The position numbers and the translations under genes were made by a program. Under the pieces are notes generated by a model. The model saw nothing but the letters and a program-made list of their open reading frames with translations. It did no database searches and was not told the DNA's origin. DNA of 64,000 bases, taken from contig NIVC01003250.1 in NCBI GenBank assembly GCA_002269645.1, positions 45,117 through 109,116 on the forward strand, written 5' to 3'. The stretch is from Macrostomum lignano (taxonomy: Eukaryota). Of the stretch, positions 13,283-36,572 are shown one piece after another (position 1 is the first letter of the stretch; each line of letters opens with the position of its first letter).

Positions 13283-16200
13283 ATGCTGATGCATCTGATG
13301 GCGCTCTGCCTGCTGCTGCCACTGAGCGCGGCGATTGACACCGCGGCCGTGAATGCGTCCAGCGAATACGTTGTGTGCACCGGCACGCTAGAAGCGGAAC
13401 AGACCAACGAGGATTCCGTCCGGAAGTTCAAGGCCCTGCGCGATCGACTGTCCGGCTGCCAGTTTGTCATCGGCGACATTCATCTGACGCGAATAAAACA
13501 GGAACACTTCGATGAGCAGGACGAAGTGTTAGACTTTGGCTTCCTGAACACCATCAAGGAAGTGACCGGCTGCGTGAAGCTGGTCGACTCTTGCTTTTCT
13601 TCGCCGCTGGAATTCGAAAGTCTGCAAGTGATCCGCGGCACCGGATGCGGCAACTCGAGCCTCTTACTGCAGTTCGACTCAAACTGCGCATTGCAGACGC
13701 CTTACGTCGCCTTCTCCAACCTTCGCCACATCGGTGGCGGAATCATACTATACAACGTCTCCTCCTGCTACATTGAGCGCCACGTCAGCCTCTCGGAGCT
13801 CTTTGCCTATCCGATGGCTCCGGTTGTGTCGAGGATAGGCCAATGCAGAGACTTGGACAACGCCTGCCACAGCAACTGCACAGAGTGGCCTGAAGACGGT
13901 CAGCAGCACTGCTGGGGACCCGAGCTCCAGCACTGCCAGCCTCGCACTCGGTGCAGGCATCTCAGCACTCGCGACTGCCCCTACCAGAGGTGCTTCGTCG
14001 ACTCCCAAGGCGGAGAGCGCTGTTGCCATGAGCAGTGCCTCGGCGGCTGCTTCGGACCGCTGGCTCAGCATTGCCTCGGCTGCAGGAATTTCGACAGAAA
14101 CGGAACCTGCGTGCAAAAGTGTGAGTTAGAAAATTATTATCACCCTGGCGCGGCGCAGAACCTGTCGCCAGTTGAAGGCAAAATGCTGCCGCACGGGCCA
14201 GTGTGCGTCAACAAATGTCCTGGTTCCTACTTTACGGAGGATGGTTCGTGCGTTAAAAAGTGCATGTCGGAGCGAAAACCTGACGCAGATGGAGTGTGCG
14301 TGGCGGTAGACGAGTCCAGAGTGTGCGAAATCGAAGTGGGCGCGCTCAGCACCATATGCCATTCAGGCAATCCGCTAATGCAAGGACTAACAAACGCGAG
14401 CATGCTGTGTACAGAGTTTCACGGCTCAGTCACTGTTAATCCCGACTGCTTTAGCGATGAACCCGAACCAGGGAAGGTTACAGTCGAACAGCTTTACACA
14501 ATGTTCAGTCGGTTGAGAGTTGTCCGCGGGGAAATTCAATTGCTTCTTTTCGGATACAATCAACTGAGGAACCTGACGTTTCTGTCCCATCTGGAGCGAG
14601 TTGATGATCGGCCGGGTGAGAAGAAAAGTGGTCGAATTATGATCGTTGCCCCAGAAATTCATTTTTTCGGGCTGGCGTCCCTTCGCTTTATAAACAAATA
14701 CATCATGTTCCTAGCTCTTCCCAATGGGTCAAGTGTCAGTCTCTGCACCGGCTTTATACCAAAACAAGATGCGGTAACTGAATCGCTAATTCAACTCGGA
14801 GCCTCGACAAATTCAAACTGGCTTCGCAGTCCGGAAGGCTTGGATAACATCCGGGTCAGATCAATTTGTCCCATCAAGCCGGACAGCTGCGATCCCCAGT
14901 GCGAGCCTCGGTTTGGCTGCTGGGGCCCCGGCCCAACCAACTGCGTCCGCTGCCGCTCCGTCAAGGCTGGCCGAATTTGCCTGCAATCGTGCGAATCGAG
15001 TCCCGGATGGTTTCTAGTGAATAGTACAAAATTTTTTGGAGAAGCAGGGCAACACCACTCTGGAGCTCATGTGCAGCAGGTGCCATCATTCGTGCGCCAA
15101 GTGCGACGGACCCGGTCCAAGCAACTGCACCGCCTGCTTGAATGGAACTTTTCTCGATGGCTCCGTCTGCGTCGCCAAGTGCAATCCAGAGACTCAGTTT
15201 GAGGACGTCTCAGCTAGAGCTTGCCAGCCGTGCCCGAAGATTTGCACTTCGTTGGGAAATGGAAAGCCAACCTGTACTGGCAACAAGACCTTAGTTGGCC
15301 CAGGTGGATGCCAGTTCTGTCAGCACGTCGTGGTGACTCAACAATCGGAAGCTGATTCCACACCGCTATTGAAATGCGGACCGTCCAGCTGTCCGGCCGG
15401 GTTCTACACCGCATTAGTTGACTTCGGAAGCAATCAATTCAACAATTTCTCTGACTTTCTCGCCGTAAAGCGAACAGTGGATCTTCCCGTGACAATGTGC
15501 GCTAAATGTGCGCCGCACTGCATGACATGCAAGGGCGCTAGCAACAAATGCACCGCTTGTCGGCACTACTCTATCGAACCGGTGCTGACGGACGAGTTTG
15601 AGTGCGAAACGCGGGCCGAACCAGCGTGCCGAGACGGGTTCTATGCGGATCACGGAAATCAGACCTGCCGTCCGTGCGCGCCGCCTTGCAGCACCTGCTC
15701 CGGTCCCGGCGAAGGCGACTGTCTTCGATGCGTTGCGCCAAAGTACCTTGTACTAGCCGAGTCAGGAGACGGGCCAGTCGACGTGGAAAATTCGACCTCG
15801 TTCTGCACGGACACCTGTCCCGAGGACAGGCCCCGCCTGATCGCCAGCAAGCGCGGCCTCATATGCACTGCCGCCCTGTCCACTTCAATGATCGGCGTCC
15901 TGATCGGAGCCGCTGGCTTCGCGGTCAGCCTTGCCGCTCTGCTATCGTTCTGCTGCATCTGGCGCCGCCGCCGCTCAGCAATGCTGCCCGAGGAGGAGAA
16001 AGAAGAACTGGAGCCGATGCTCAACCGCGGCTACTTGGCCACCATATCCGAGAACGAGCTGGCGCGAGGTCCCGAAGTCGGTTCCGGCGCATTCGGCACC
16101 GTCTTCAAAGGCGAGTGGACCCCGGCGGACGGCGACGGGCGCAAGACCACAGTAGCCATCAAGATTCTGGCCGATTCCGGCGACAACGGCCTGTCGAGCG

Positions 16201-17752
16201 AGCTGCTGGAGGAGAGCCGCATCATGGCCTCGGTGGACCATCCGCACTGCGTCCGACTGGTTGGCATCTGCATGACTCAGCCTCTCCAGCTGGTCACGCA
16301 GTTCATGCCGCTGGGGAATCTGCGCGACTTCCTGCGCGCCAGGCGCGAGCCCGGTCAGGTTGGCGCCGCCCAGATGCTGCGCTACGCGGCGCAGATCGCC
16401 AGCGGGATGGCCCACTTGGAGCGCTGCAACATCATCCATCGCGATCTCGCCTGCCGGAACGTCCTCGTCTCATCATCGCGTTGCGTTCGCATCACCGACT
16501 TCGGGCTGGCGAAGGCGCTGGATACCGCCAGCCAGGAGTACCAGGCCTCTGGTGGCAAGCTGCCGGTCAAGTGGCTGGCGCTCGAGTCTCTCATTAGCCG
16601 GCGCTTCACGCACAAGTCAGACGTCTGGTCCTATGGAATCACGCTCTGGGAGATTTTCACATTCGGCGAGCCGCCCTACCCGAACGTGAAGCCGCAGGAC
16701 CTGGCTGAGTACCTGGAGAAGGGCGAGCGGCTGCCTCAGCCGGCTGTGTGCATGCTGGACGTCTACATGCTGATGATCAAGTGCTGGATGCTGGACGAGC
16801 ATCATCGCCCGACATTCGACGAGTTGGAGGCAAACTTCACCAAGATGTGCAGCCAGCCTGAGCGCTACGTGTACAACCGCGGCGTCAGGCATCCGTCGCA
16901 CTGCAGCAGCTCCAGAGTCAGCGGCAACAGTCGTGGAGGCTCCGGCGGCGGCGGACCAAAGTCGCCGCGGCACAGCAACAACAACAGGCAGAGCTTGGAC
17001 GAACTTGACGACGCCTACGTCGCCATGGAAGACGAAGTCGCTGAAAGCGACTTGGACAACGACGTGTTTGTCGTCGATCAGTCAACGTTGAACACCTCGA
17101 CCACCTCGACAGCCTGCAGGCGGCTGCCCCTGTCGCCTCAGCCGCTGCTGTATCCGTCAGTTCACCAGAATCAGCACCGGCAGCTGCTGCCATCAGCGCC
17201 ACCGCCACCCGAGCAGCAGCTTTCGCAGCCGCCTCCGCCGCCGCCTCCGCTGATGAAGCCGCCGCAGCGCAGTTTCAGCGTCACCTCTGGTGGCCGGCGA
17301 AGAGCGGCTGGCCCGCCGCCCCGCTGGTGAGCAGCAGTCCGCAGAACCAGTACACCATGGACCCCTGCCAGCCGGGGCCCAGCAACTCGGACTACTACCT
17401 GCAGCCCGTGTGCCTTTCGGCCGGCTCACGCCGGGAGAATCCGCTGCCTCTGCCGCCGAGGCTCTCGCCGGTTGCTACGCATCCGCTTGCGACGACCCCG
17501 ACGCGGCCGCCGCCGCCGCCACCGCTGCCGCCGCCTCTTCTACCGCCGCTGCTGCAGTCGGCAGGCAGCCCGGGAGCCGTGGCGAATCCGGAGTATTTCT
17601 TCCACTACAGCGGGGCCTCCGCCGCCACGGCCGCTGCCGACGCCCCCTCCGGCGGTGCCGCCAACGCCGCAACCGCCGCGGCCACGCCAAATCCGGCCTC
17701 CTCGAACGACAGCGGCATCGCCAGTCCGAAGTTCGAATTCGGACACGACTGA
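13283..17752 (+). CDS. EGFR: EGFR/ErbB-family receptor tyrosine kinase, ~1490 codons, interrupted by two 1-nt frameshifts (~15032-15037 and ~17319-17322)
   Basis: Signal peptide, then L1-Cys-rich-L2-extended furin-like repeats (ORFs 13283-15202 and 15036-17330), TM segment IGVLIGAAGFAVSLAALLSFCCIW, and a kinase with GSGAFGTVFKG, VAIK, HRDLACRN, DFGLAK, GGKLPVKWLALES. ORF 17327-17752 is in the same frame as 13283 and carries EGFR-tail motifs QYTMDP, DYYLQP, VANPEYF. Confidence 0.9.
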
Positions 17753-18091
17753 ACACGAATTAACTGACCGATGTCTGCTTTCTGACATTCGAAAGCAAAC
17801 AGGGTAATTGCCATTTTGGCCGTTGACTTTTTTATTTAAGAAAGCTTCATTATTGTACAGATTTTTCTGACCAGCCACTCTATCCTTCCGTCTCTTTATG
17901 TTACTGCATTGCAAGCCCCTGACTTGTAATATTATACCCAGCTTTTAGTCCAAAACTCGTGTCTCAATTTATTATTTTCCATCCCTAATCTAGTTTATTC
18001 CTCGAGTTGATGGATTTTAATTTGAGAGCCATTTTATATGCAAATGCTTTTAAACAATATATGCTGTTAAGTAAGAGCACAGTTGAGTATA

Positions 18092-18695
18092 GGAGTGGCT
18101 AATCCCCCAGATACTTCAGTATGGGAGTGGCTTATCCCCCAGATACTTCAGTATGGGAGTGGCTAATCCCCCAGATACTTCAGTATGGGAGTGGCTAATC
18201 CCCCAGATACTTCAGCATGGGAGTGGCTAATCCCCCAGATACTTCAGTATGGGAGTGGCTTATCCCCCAGATACTTCAGCATGGGAGTGGCTAATCCCCC
18301 AGATACTTCAGCATGGGAGTGGCTTATCCCCCAGATACTTCAGCATGGGAGTGGCTAATCCCCCAGATACTTCAGTACGGGAGTAGCTAATGCCCCAGAT
18401 ACTTCAGTATGGGAGTGGCTAATCCCCCAGATACTTCAGTATGGGAGTGGCTTATCCCCCAGATACTTCAGTACGGGAGTAGCTAATGCCCCAGATACTT
18501 CAGTATGGGAGTGGCTAATCCCCCAGATACTTCAGTATGGGAGTGGCTTATCCCCCAGATACTTCAGCATGGGAGTGGCTTATCCCCCAGATACTTCAGT
18601 ACGGGAGTAGCTAATGCCCCAGATACTTCAGTATGGGAGTGGCTTATCCCCCAGATACTTCAGTGAGGTGGCTTATCCCCCAGATACTTCAGTGA
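18092..18695. repeat. 32-bp minisatellite GGGAGTGGCTAATCCCCCAGATACTTCAGTAT downstream of EGFR
   Basis: Directly visible, ~19 units. Confidence 0.95.
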
Positions 18696-19196
18696 AAGAT
18701 AAATATGCTTGTTGCCTGTCTACCATTAAATTTATAATCTTTTTGCAGCTATATTTAGAAATTTAATCTTAATTTTTGCTATTTGGCAGCCGTACACTTG
18801 TAAAAACGTTTAGAGTAAACTCAAGTCAGAACTTTTTGCAGCAATATTCTTCTCCTATTCTTTGTTTTAATTACGTTTTAATTGTTTTAAATTTCCCACT
18901 TGTCAATCCACGCGCCTGATGTTATTATTTATCAATTGCTTTTGACACTGAACTAAACGGGCGCACTGTACATTACGCAGTTTTCTGTTCCTTTGTCGAA
19001 ATTAGAATCTTCTTTGCAAATATCTGATCTGCGCCCCAATTGACGAAAAAATGCTAGCAGCGCCAGTGCATACAAAAATATCTGTAGTTACCAAACTTGC
19101 ATTGATGTCAGTACTGGAAACTTGCTCAGTATTCAGTTTTCTTCAAGTTTCATTTTTTCCCAAGTCACGATGTAAATTCGATATAAAGGCAGATGA

Positions 19197-20315
<1,119 letters not shown>

Positions 20316-20352
20316 GAGGGAAGGCAGTCAGGCAGGCGGACATTCGCAGCGG

Positions 20353-30494
<10,142 letters not shown>

Positions 30495-31626
30495 GACTGT
30501 CAATCAATTAGACTTTACTGATGATTCGTATTAGTCTGGCTACTAAGAAAAACGGTTGTGAAATTCCTTAATCCACCACTAAATTGGATTTTCTTTAACA
30601 AGCTAAAACAGCCGTCAGCGAATTGTATGCGATTGGCCCGATGGGCTCTGCGAGGACAGTCCAGCCAATGACAGCAAAGCTCCAAGTCTCTATGAACTTC
30701 ATGCAGAGCTTTATGAACACATCAATCAAAGCAACTCAAAAAACCACTTCTGTTGATCAACGGTGTTAATGTTACTTTGAAGGCTTAATCTTTTATAACA
30801 ATTCTGATAGATCTCAGGCTAAAAATGTACCGAGTACTTCTTTGAGGCTATGAACTGCATATTAAGTAGTATCTGCGAGTAATCACGTTCGTACCTAGAT
30901 ATGTTAACAATACTTTTGCAGTCACATGTGATTTTCATTGCACAAACTTGTGTTGGAAAGCTGCATAAAACTTTGAATCCAAGAGCAAGCAGTTGCAAAT
31001 GCAGCTTTGGTATCATTTTAAATTGGCACCTTTCTAGTTTCTAATAAATTCGATCACTTTCTTGCACGTTTTGGTCATTTAATTTAAAAGTTATGCTTAA
31101 GAAAACTCGCGCCAGCCAACTTCTTTATTTTTATTCGCAGCTAAAAAGCCATTTGACGGATGACGAGTTGATGTCAGCAGGGATCATTGGAGGACAAAGG
31201 TCCGGCGCAGTCTCTGTCATAGTCTTTCAAGACAGTGCCACTCTCATGCGATTGAAAGGATGCTCAAGGTGTACAAGCATGTCGAGAAGACTCATTATGA
31301 ATGATTCAAGACAACGGTTTGTTTCCACAAGGACAAACCATTGCTATTTATATTCATTTTTGTGTTTATGGTTGCTTCCGTTTTGCTGTGGGATTAAATG
31401 TTATCAGAACTTTCCAGACACCCGTCGTACTGTTAGTAATAAATGTCAGAAAAAATATTTGAAGAAAAAGACCAAAAATTTTTTTTCGATCCATGTGAAG
31501 CTACAAAGAAGCTATCAGTTTCAATTGGTCTTTCGCAAACGTTACCAATCTCTCTATTTATGAAACCAAGTCTAGAAATGAGACAGGGTTGCTAAAGATC
31601 CAAGTCAAGTTAAAAGTCAAATAAAG

Positions 31627-31815
31627 CTATTTTGCCGCCGCAACAGCACCAGACTTTCCGGACTTGTTGTGCTTCTTAGCGAATCGCATATTCCGAAGAA
31701 ATTTTGGATCAACACCTTTCAGAGACGGGTAGCGCTGCTTCTTTGGCCGGTAGATACCATTGCGATGGTGCTTGCGGTTCTGATTGTGATTAGTGTGGTT
31801 CTTTGACTTGGCCAT
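31627..31815 (-). CDS. RPL29: 60S ribosomal protein L29, 62 aa
   Basis: [20 protein letters not shown]...[22 protein letters not shown] is the diagnostic L29e sequence. An acceptor-like 'ttgcaacag|cATG' just upstream suggests a 5'-UTR intron or a trans-splice site. Confidence 0.96.
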   Translation of the reverse strand: MAKSKNHTNHNQNRKHHRNGIYRPKKQRYPSLKGVDPKFLRNMRFAKKHNKSGKSGAVAAAK

Positions 31816-32403
31816 GCTGTTGCAAGTTTAGGCTGCAATTTATATTGGATATTTACTTGCAGTGAAAAAGCCAGTTGGCACAGTCCTATATACTAAAAAT
31901 TGACTCTAAAAATCCTGGGATTCTAACAAAAAATAGGCATTCCAATCCTACCAAATCTTACAAAAATTGTTGCTATTCAACCATTAAGTGACTAGTTCAT
32001 GTATATCAACAAATTCTCAATTAAGCAAGCAACAGTACTGATTAAGAAGTTGAAAATTGCAAAGCCAGGATGTATGATTATTTTTATAAGATTTTTTGTG
32101 CACTGACAAAAAGTTGAATCAATGCAATGGTCACTACTATTTGAAAAATGAAAAGTTGGACAATGTGTAGGAATCAGTTCATTCTTGTACCTGTAAAAAT
32201 AGCAAAACTAAAAAAAACATATGGCATATAGGTCCTGAAAGCAGACAATGTTTACACAAATATGTTGAGGTTATCAAAGGCATATCTATTCACTATACAA
32301 AAAACTAGTAAAATAAAGCAAAATAGAAAAAAATGAGAAATGAAGGCAGCACCACAAGTGCAGCAACAGCAAACCCTAGAAAGAATATTGACAGCTGATG
32401 TGG

Positions 32404-33348
32404 CTACCCCTGTTCAATTAGCTCGGCCAAAACTGTTGCTAAGCTGAAGCTCCTAGTGGAGCTGTACTCATAGCTATTGCTGCAACTATGCAACTGCACA
32501 ATGCAAGTCAATAACAAGATAGTCACCTGACACTGTCTAAATTCAAAATTGTAGAAGGTAGCTCTCAGATAAATCCTCATGCTGAGGTTTTGCAATACTG
32601 AATGTTTGGGTGTAACTTTGTGCTTAACATGCTTGCCCTACTCAACCTTTTTGCCCCCTCTATGAAGTGAAAATCATTGCTCAAGTGATTAATTGTACTT
32701 ATGTTTATTGCTCTTCATTTAAACTAGAAATCTGCTATGACTTTTCATTTTTGAAACTCTATTCCATTCTTTTTTGCTTCACACAATATCTTACAATTGC
32801 AATGGCAAATTTCAATGCTGCTAGCTAAAGTGCTTAACTTCTTAAAGCACAGATCAATAAATTTTTGTCACAATGACTACCCCTACCTCAAGGTATACTA
32901 CAACTAATTGATATCCAATATGGTGGCAATATGATAGAGTACCACTATTAGTTGGTTGGCTTATTTTGAACAAAAAAGAACATAGTAAGGTCAATTGGAT
33001 CACTTGCAACCACCTTGAAATAGAAGTAGAAATTGCAAGGCTTGCTAGCATGCTGAACAAGAGCCTAGAGGCAAGATTAAAAAAAGCAGTGTTGAAATGC
33101 AACAACTCTGTTGCTAATGCCAGTGTTACAGATGTAAGTATTAATCTCTTCACTACTAGCTAGATGATTAAAAAGTCAAGATAAATAATTATACAAAGTT
33201 AAACAAGGTTAAAAGCCTTGTCTAGTAGGCCCAATGTTAATACCTGCATCTAAAGCTAAACAAGAAGCATAGAAATATATGGCCTCAGATGCTAATTGCT
33301 TATAATGAGCATTTAAGACAGGCTTTAAACATGAGACATTGTTGTCTC
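32404..33348 (-). CDS. Candidate exons of an unannotated hydrophobic/membrane protein
   Basis: Exon 33348-33244 (tttcag|...|gtatta, phase 1-1, open) and exon 33155-32887 (269 nt, open, ends GAG|gtaggg) are separated by an 88-nt intron. A possible last exon lies at ~32535-32404. No homolog recognised. Confidence 0.3.
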
Positions 33349-34145
33349 CTGAAATTTTTAAGCTAGTTGAAGATATAAATATTAATATAGGTAATTTGTC
33401 CAAGTTTGATCATATCCTAATGACAACTGAGTTGGGGCAAAAAATCAAGACTTATTTTATAGAGCTATTTTGTTGATTAATAAGAAATGAAAATAATATT
33501 TTTGAAGAACATTTAATAAAGCAGCTTTAGGTTTAGCTAAATTGCCAAAAATGATGCAATAAACATATAACATACTTATTTGTATAATTAATAAGTTGTA
33601 TATAATAGTAGTTGTATAATTAGTTATAGTTATATAATTAATAAGTAGCTCTTTTTTATGTTAGAATGTTGTAAACAAAATTTCTATAAATCCCAAGTTT
33701 TTAAAATACTTTAACCAAGATAGATATCTGACAGCTTCTTTGTTTGAAACAATTTTTTTAGTTTTTAGACTATTGCTATAAGTTTTTTTGTAAAATAAGT
33801 AAAGCAAAAATTATAATAAAACTTTTTTTTTACTTTTACCTTATCCCTTTCAATGATCTTTTCACTTCAAAATTGCAGATATCATTAGTTAGACATTTTA
33901 GTAGAATACTTATTAGTGCAATGATATTTGGCAGAGAAAAGAGTAAATGGTAATAAGGTAATTTAATAACAATATCAAATGAATAGTAAACAAGTGATTT
34001 TAAAAAGGAAAACTTTTTGTCTGCTCAATAGACAAATCAATTAATAGCCCATTTTAGGGCATTTTATGTTGTTATTTATGTTTATTTATGTTTTATTTAT
34101 ATTATCAAGGCATGATATATCATTAGACATTACATGCGCAACTGC

Positions 34146-34506
34146 GGGGGGCCGTAGCCCAGCGGTAGCGCAGCTGCTCTGGTGTGCCGCGACCCAGGCT
34201 CGATTCCAAGTGCAGCCACATTAATTTGGGGCTGAATTGGAATTTCGGCTTGGCTCGCTTGTGCAATTAGCGGCCTTGACAGCCAACCCCCCAAGGCGCA
34301 GTGAAGTGTACATGCCTAACGATAAATAAAGTTAGGGCCGCTGTACACTCCTGTGTGAGTGTGTGCCTGCGTACCTATCCGCGCGCTTGTATGCCTGCTC
34401 AGGGGAGTCGGCGGAATGGGCAGTAATGCCTCTCGCCGGTTGTGTGCCTATGTTGCTTAATGTGTGCCAGGGTGCACACAACCCCCCTGCCTCTAATAAA
34501 ATAATA
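34146..34506 (+). mobile_element. tRNA-derived SINE, young copy A
   Basis: A box TAGCCCAGCGG, B-box-like GGCTCGATTCC, A-rich tail, and a perfect 14-bp TSD ACATGCGCAACTGC at 34132-34145 and 34507-34520. Confidence 0.88.
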
Positions 34507-35021
34507 ACATGCGCAACTGCTGGCCAATCTGGCCAACGTAAATTGTGGTGGACTAGGGGTAAGTTGCAAAAATGCCCACCCCAAAGAATACAGATCTAGT
34601 ACCAATTAGATGATAAGGCATTTAGCCCTTATAAGACAGTCATAGTTACTCCTGCCATTTATTCAAAATTGCATCAATGTTGCTCTAGGGTTTCTTTCAC
34701 AGGTAAGTTGTATTTTTGGTCAAAAAGTAAGTCGCATGGCCAGTGTAAATCAGGGGGGTTGTGCATGTATGTCATTAGAAATCCAAATTTTTAGGACCTA
34801 AATTATTTTAAGTCATATATGCTATGTTATTAACTATTGAATATAAACTTTAATATAGGCCTAATTAGGTACTTAGAAAGATACCTTTTTATAACTTAAA
34901 CAATATTAATAGATATAAAGCTAAATATAGCTAGGCCAGTAATTTAAATCAATAAAAAAAAAATTATAATATTGTAAATCAATTGAATATTTTTGAAAAG
35001 AGCTTAGGGGGGGGGCACTAA

Positions 35022-35396
35022 GGGAAGCTATAACCCAGCGGTAGCGCAACTGCTCTGATGTGCTAGTGACCCAGGCTTGATTCCAAGTGCAGTCATATTA
35101 ATTTGGGGCTAAATTGGAATCTTGGCTTGGCTTTGCTTATGAAATTAATGGACTTGAGAGCCAACCCCCTAAGGCGCAATGAAGTGTATAGGCCTAATGA
35201 TAATATAAAGTTAAGGCCACTGTACACTCCTGTGTGAGTGTGTGCCTGCATATGTATCCATGCACTTGTAGGCCTATGCCTGCTCAGGGGAGTTGGCAGA
35301 ATGGGCAGTAATGCCTCTTGCCAGTTGTGTACCTATGTCGCTTAAAGTGCGCTAGGGTAGGCCCCTATACACAACCCCTTGCCTCTAATAAAAAAA
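35022..35396 (+). mobile_element. Same SINE family, old CpG-decayed copy B
   Basis: Collinear with 34146-34506 over its full length; most differences are CG>TG or CG>CA. Confidence 0.85.
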
Positions 35397-35724
35397 TAGG
35401 GGACGCTAATAAAATATACTATTTAATGCTTAAGTAGTTACATTGATATTACCCTTATCTTAATCTGATGATATACTTTATACATTATTTGCAGAACAAA
35501 TTTTTTCCTAAAAAATATCTAAAGAATATAGGCCTAGTGACCCTAGGCCTAGTCTAAATTTCAATGAATAGCCTAGGTTTCTAGAACAAATAGAAATTTA
35601 TGCATAGCAGTCCAATGGGCTATGTAGCTGGGAAAGGGAAACAAAGCGATAATTAATTCAATATGACTAGCATGACTTCAAATTTGAAAGAATACTATGA
35701 TTGATCACTTATTGATCACGCAAT

Positions 35725-36042
35725 GGGCAATGGCTATGGCTAGAGTTCCGGCACCAGAACATATTTCTAACGGTTATGGATCCGGCAGTGGTATTCCAGT
35801 AGTGCAATTTATGGGTATAATATAGCAGAAACATTTTACTTTTGGTTGGTTATTGGTTGCAACGGGTGGTTGATATTGGGATTTGTTCAAGATAAGATCA
35901 AAACGAAACGATGAGATTCAAAACAAGATACTTCTAATATTCAAAGACTTCATTAGTAGATAACTGCCTGCAGAAGACTGCCGGACCCATAGCCATGTCC
36001 ATTAGAAAACAGGTTCCGGTGCCGGAACTCTACCCATTACCT
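35725..36042. mobile_element. MITE with long imperfect TIRs (Mutator/foldback-like)
   Basis: TAGAGTTCCGGCACC (35741) and GGTGCCGGAACTCTA (ends 36032) are perfect inverted repeats, extending imperfectly to ~50 bp. The flanks share ACGCAAT (35718-35724 and 36043-36049). Confidence 0.65.
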
Positions 36043-36572
36043 ACGCAATTAAATGACTCTGGAATTTAATTTTTATTTGATTTCATGCGATTCAAAAGTT
36101 ATTAGACAAGAACTTACTACTTAATTTCAAATTTTCAAAATCGTAATTGTTTTATATAGAAAAATTGTTAATACTTATATTTTATATGCAACTATTTTGA
36201 ACTCAATATTCATGTCCAGAAGGCGTATTATTATCTGTTATAACGTACTATTGGCTTTGGTTTCTATTTTAAACGAACTAAAATTTCTATTTTTATGTAA
36301 AAAATTAAACATAAATTTGTTTTTTACTTCTGCTAATTACCTGCAACGTAGACGCATACATTAAATGATGTTTAAAAGTTTTTTTGAGTAGAACTAGTAA
36401 TAACAATTGTGTTTTATCAAGTTTTTTCATGGTATGATAATGACAACAAAGCCAGCTACTTTTATCAACAGCTGACACTGACAGAATTCATAAAATACCT
36501 ATTGGACCTAATCCTTTTTAATTAATAGAAGTTTATTTTGTGCACCCTTAATTTAAAGGCAGGCTGGCAGCC

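Noticed and set aside
13083-13289. Upstream ORF overlapping the EGFR start
   Set aside because: It begins at GTG, shows no homology, and the transcript start is unknown.
15029-15040. Programmed ribosomal frameshift in EGFR
   Set aside because: A +1 shift is needed; no in-frame X_XXY_YYZ heptamer or known +1 signal is present, and an indel or micro-intron is simpler.
32966-33163. Plus-strand coiled-coil-like ORF ending at a GTAAGT
   Set aside because: No upstream ATG or acceptor in frame and no homology; the minus strand has better splice-phase support.
34146-34215. tRNA genes at the SINE heads (34146, 35022, 51335, 53521)
   Set aside because: No complete cloverleaf; the heads continue into SINE bodies with tails, and copy A has a TSD.
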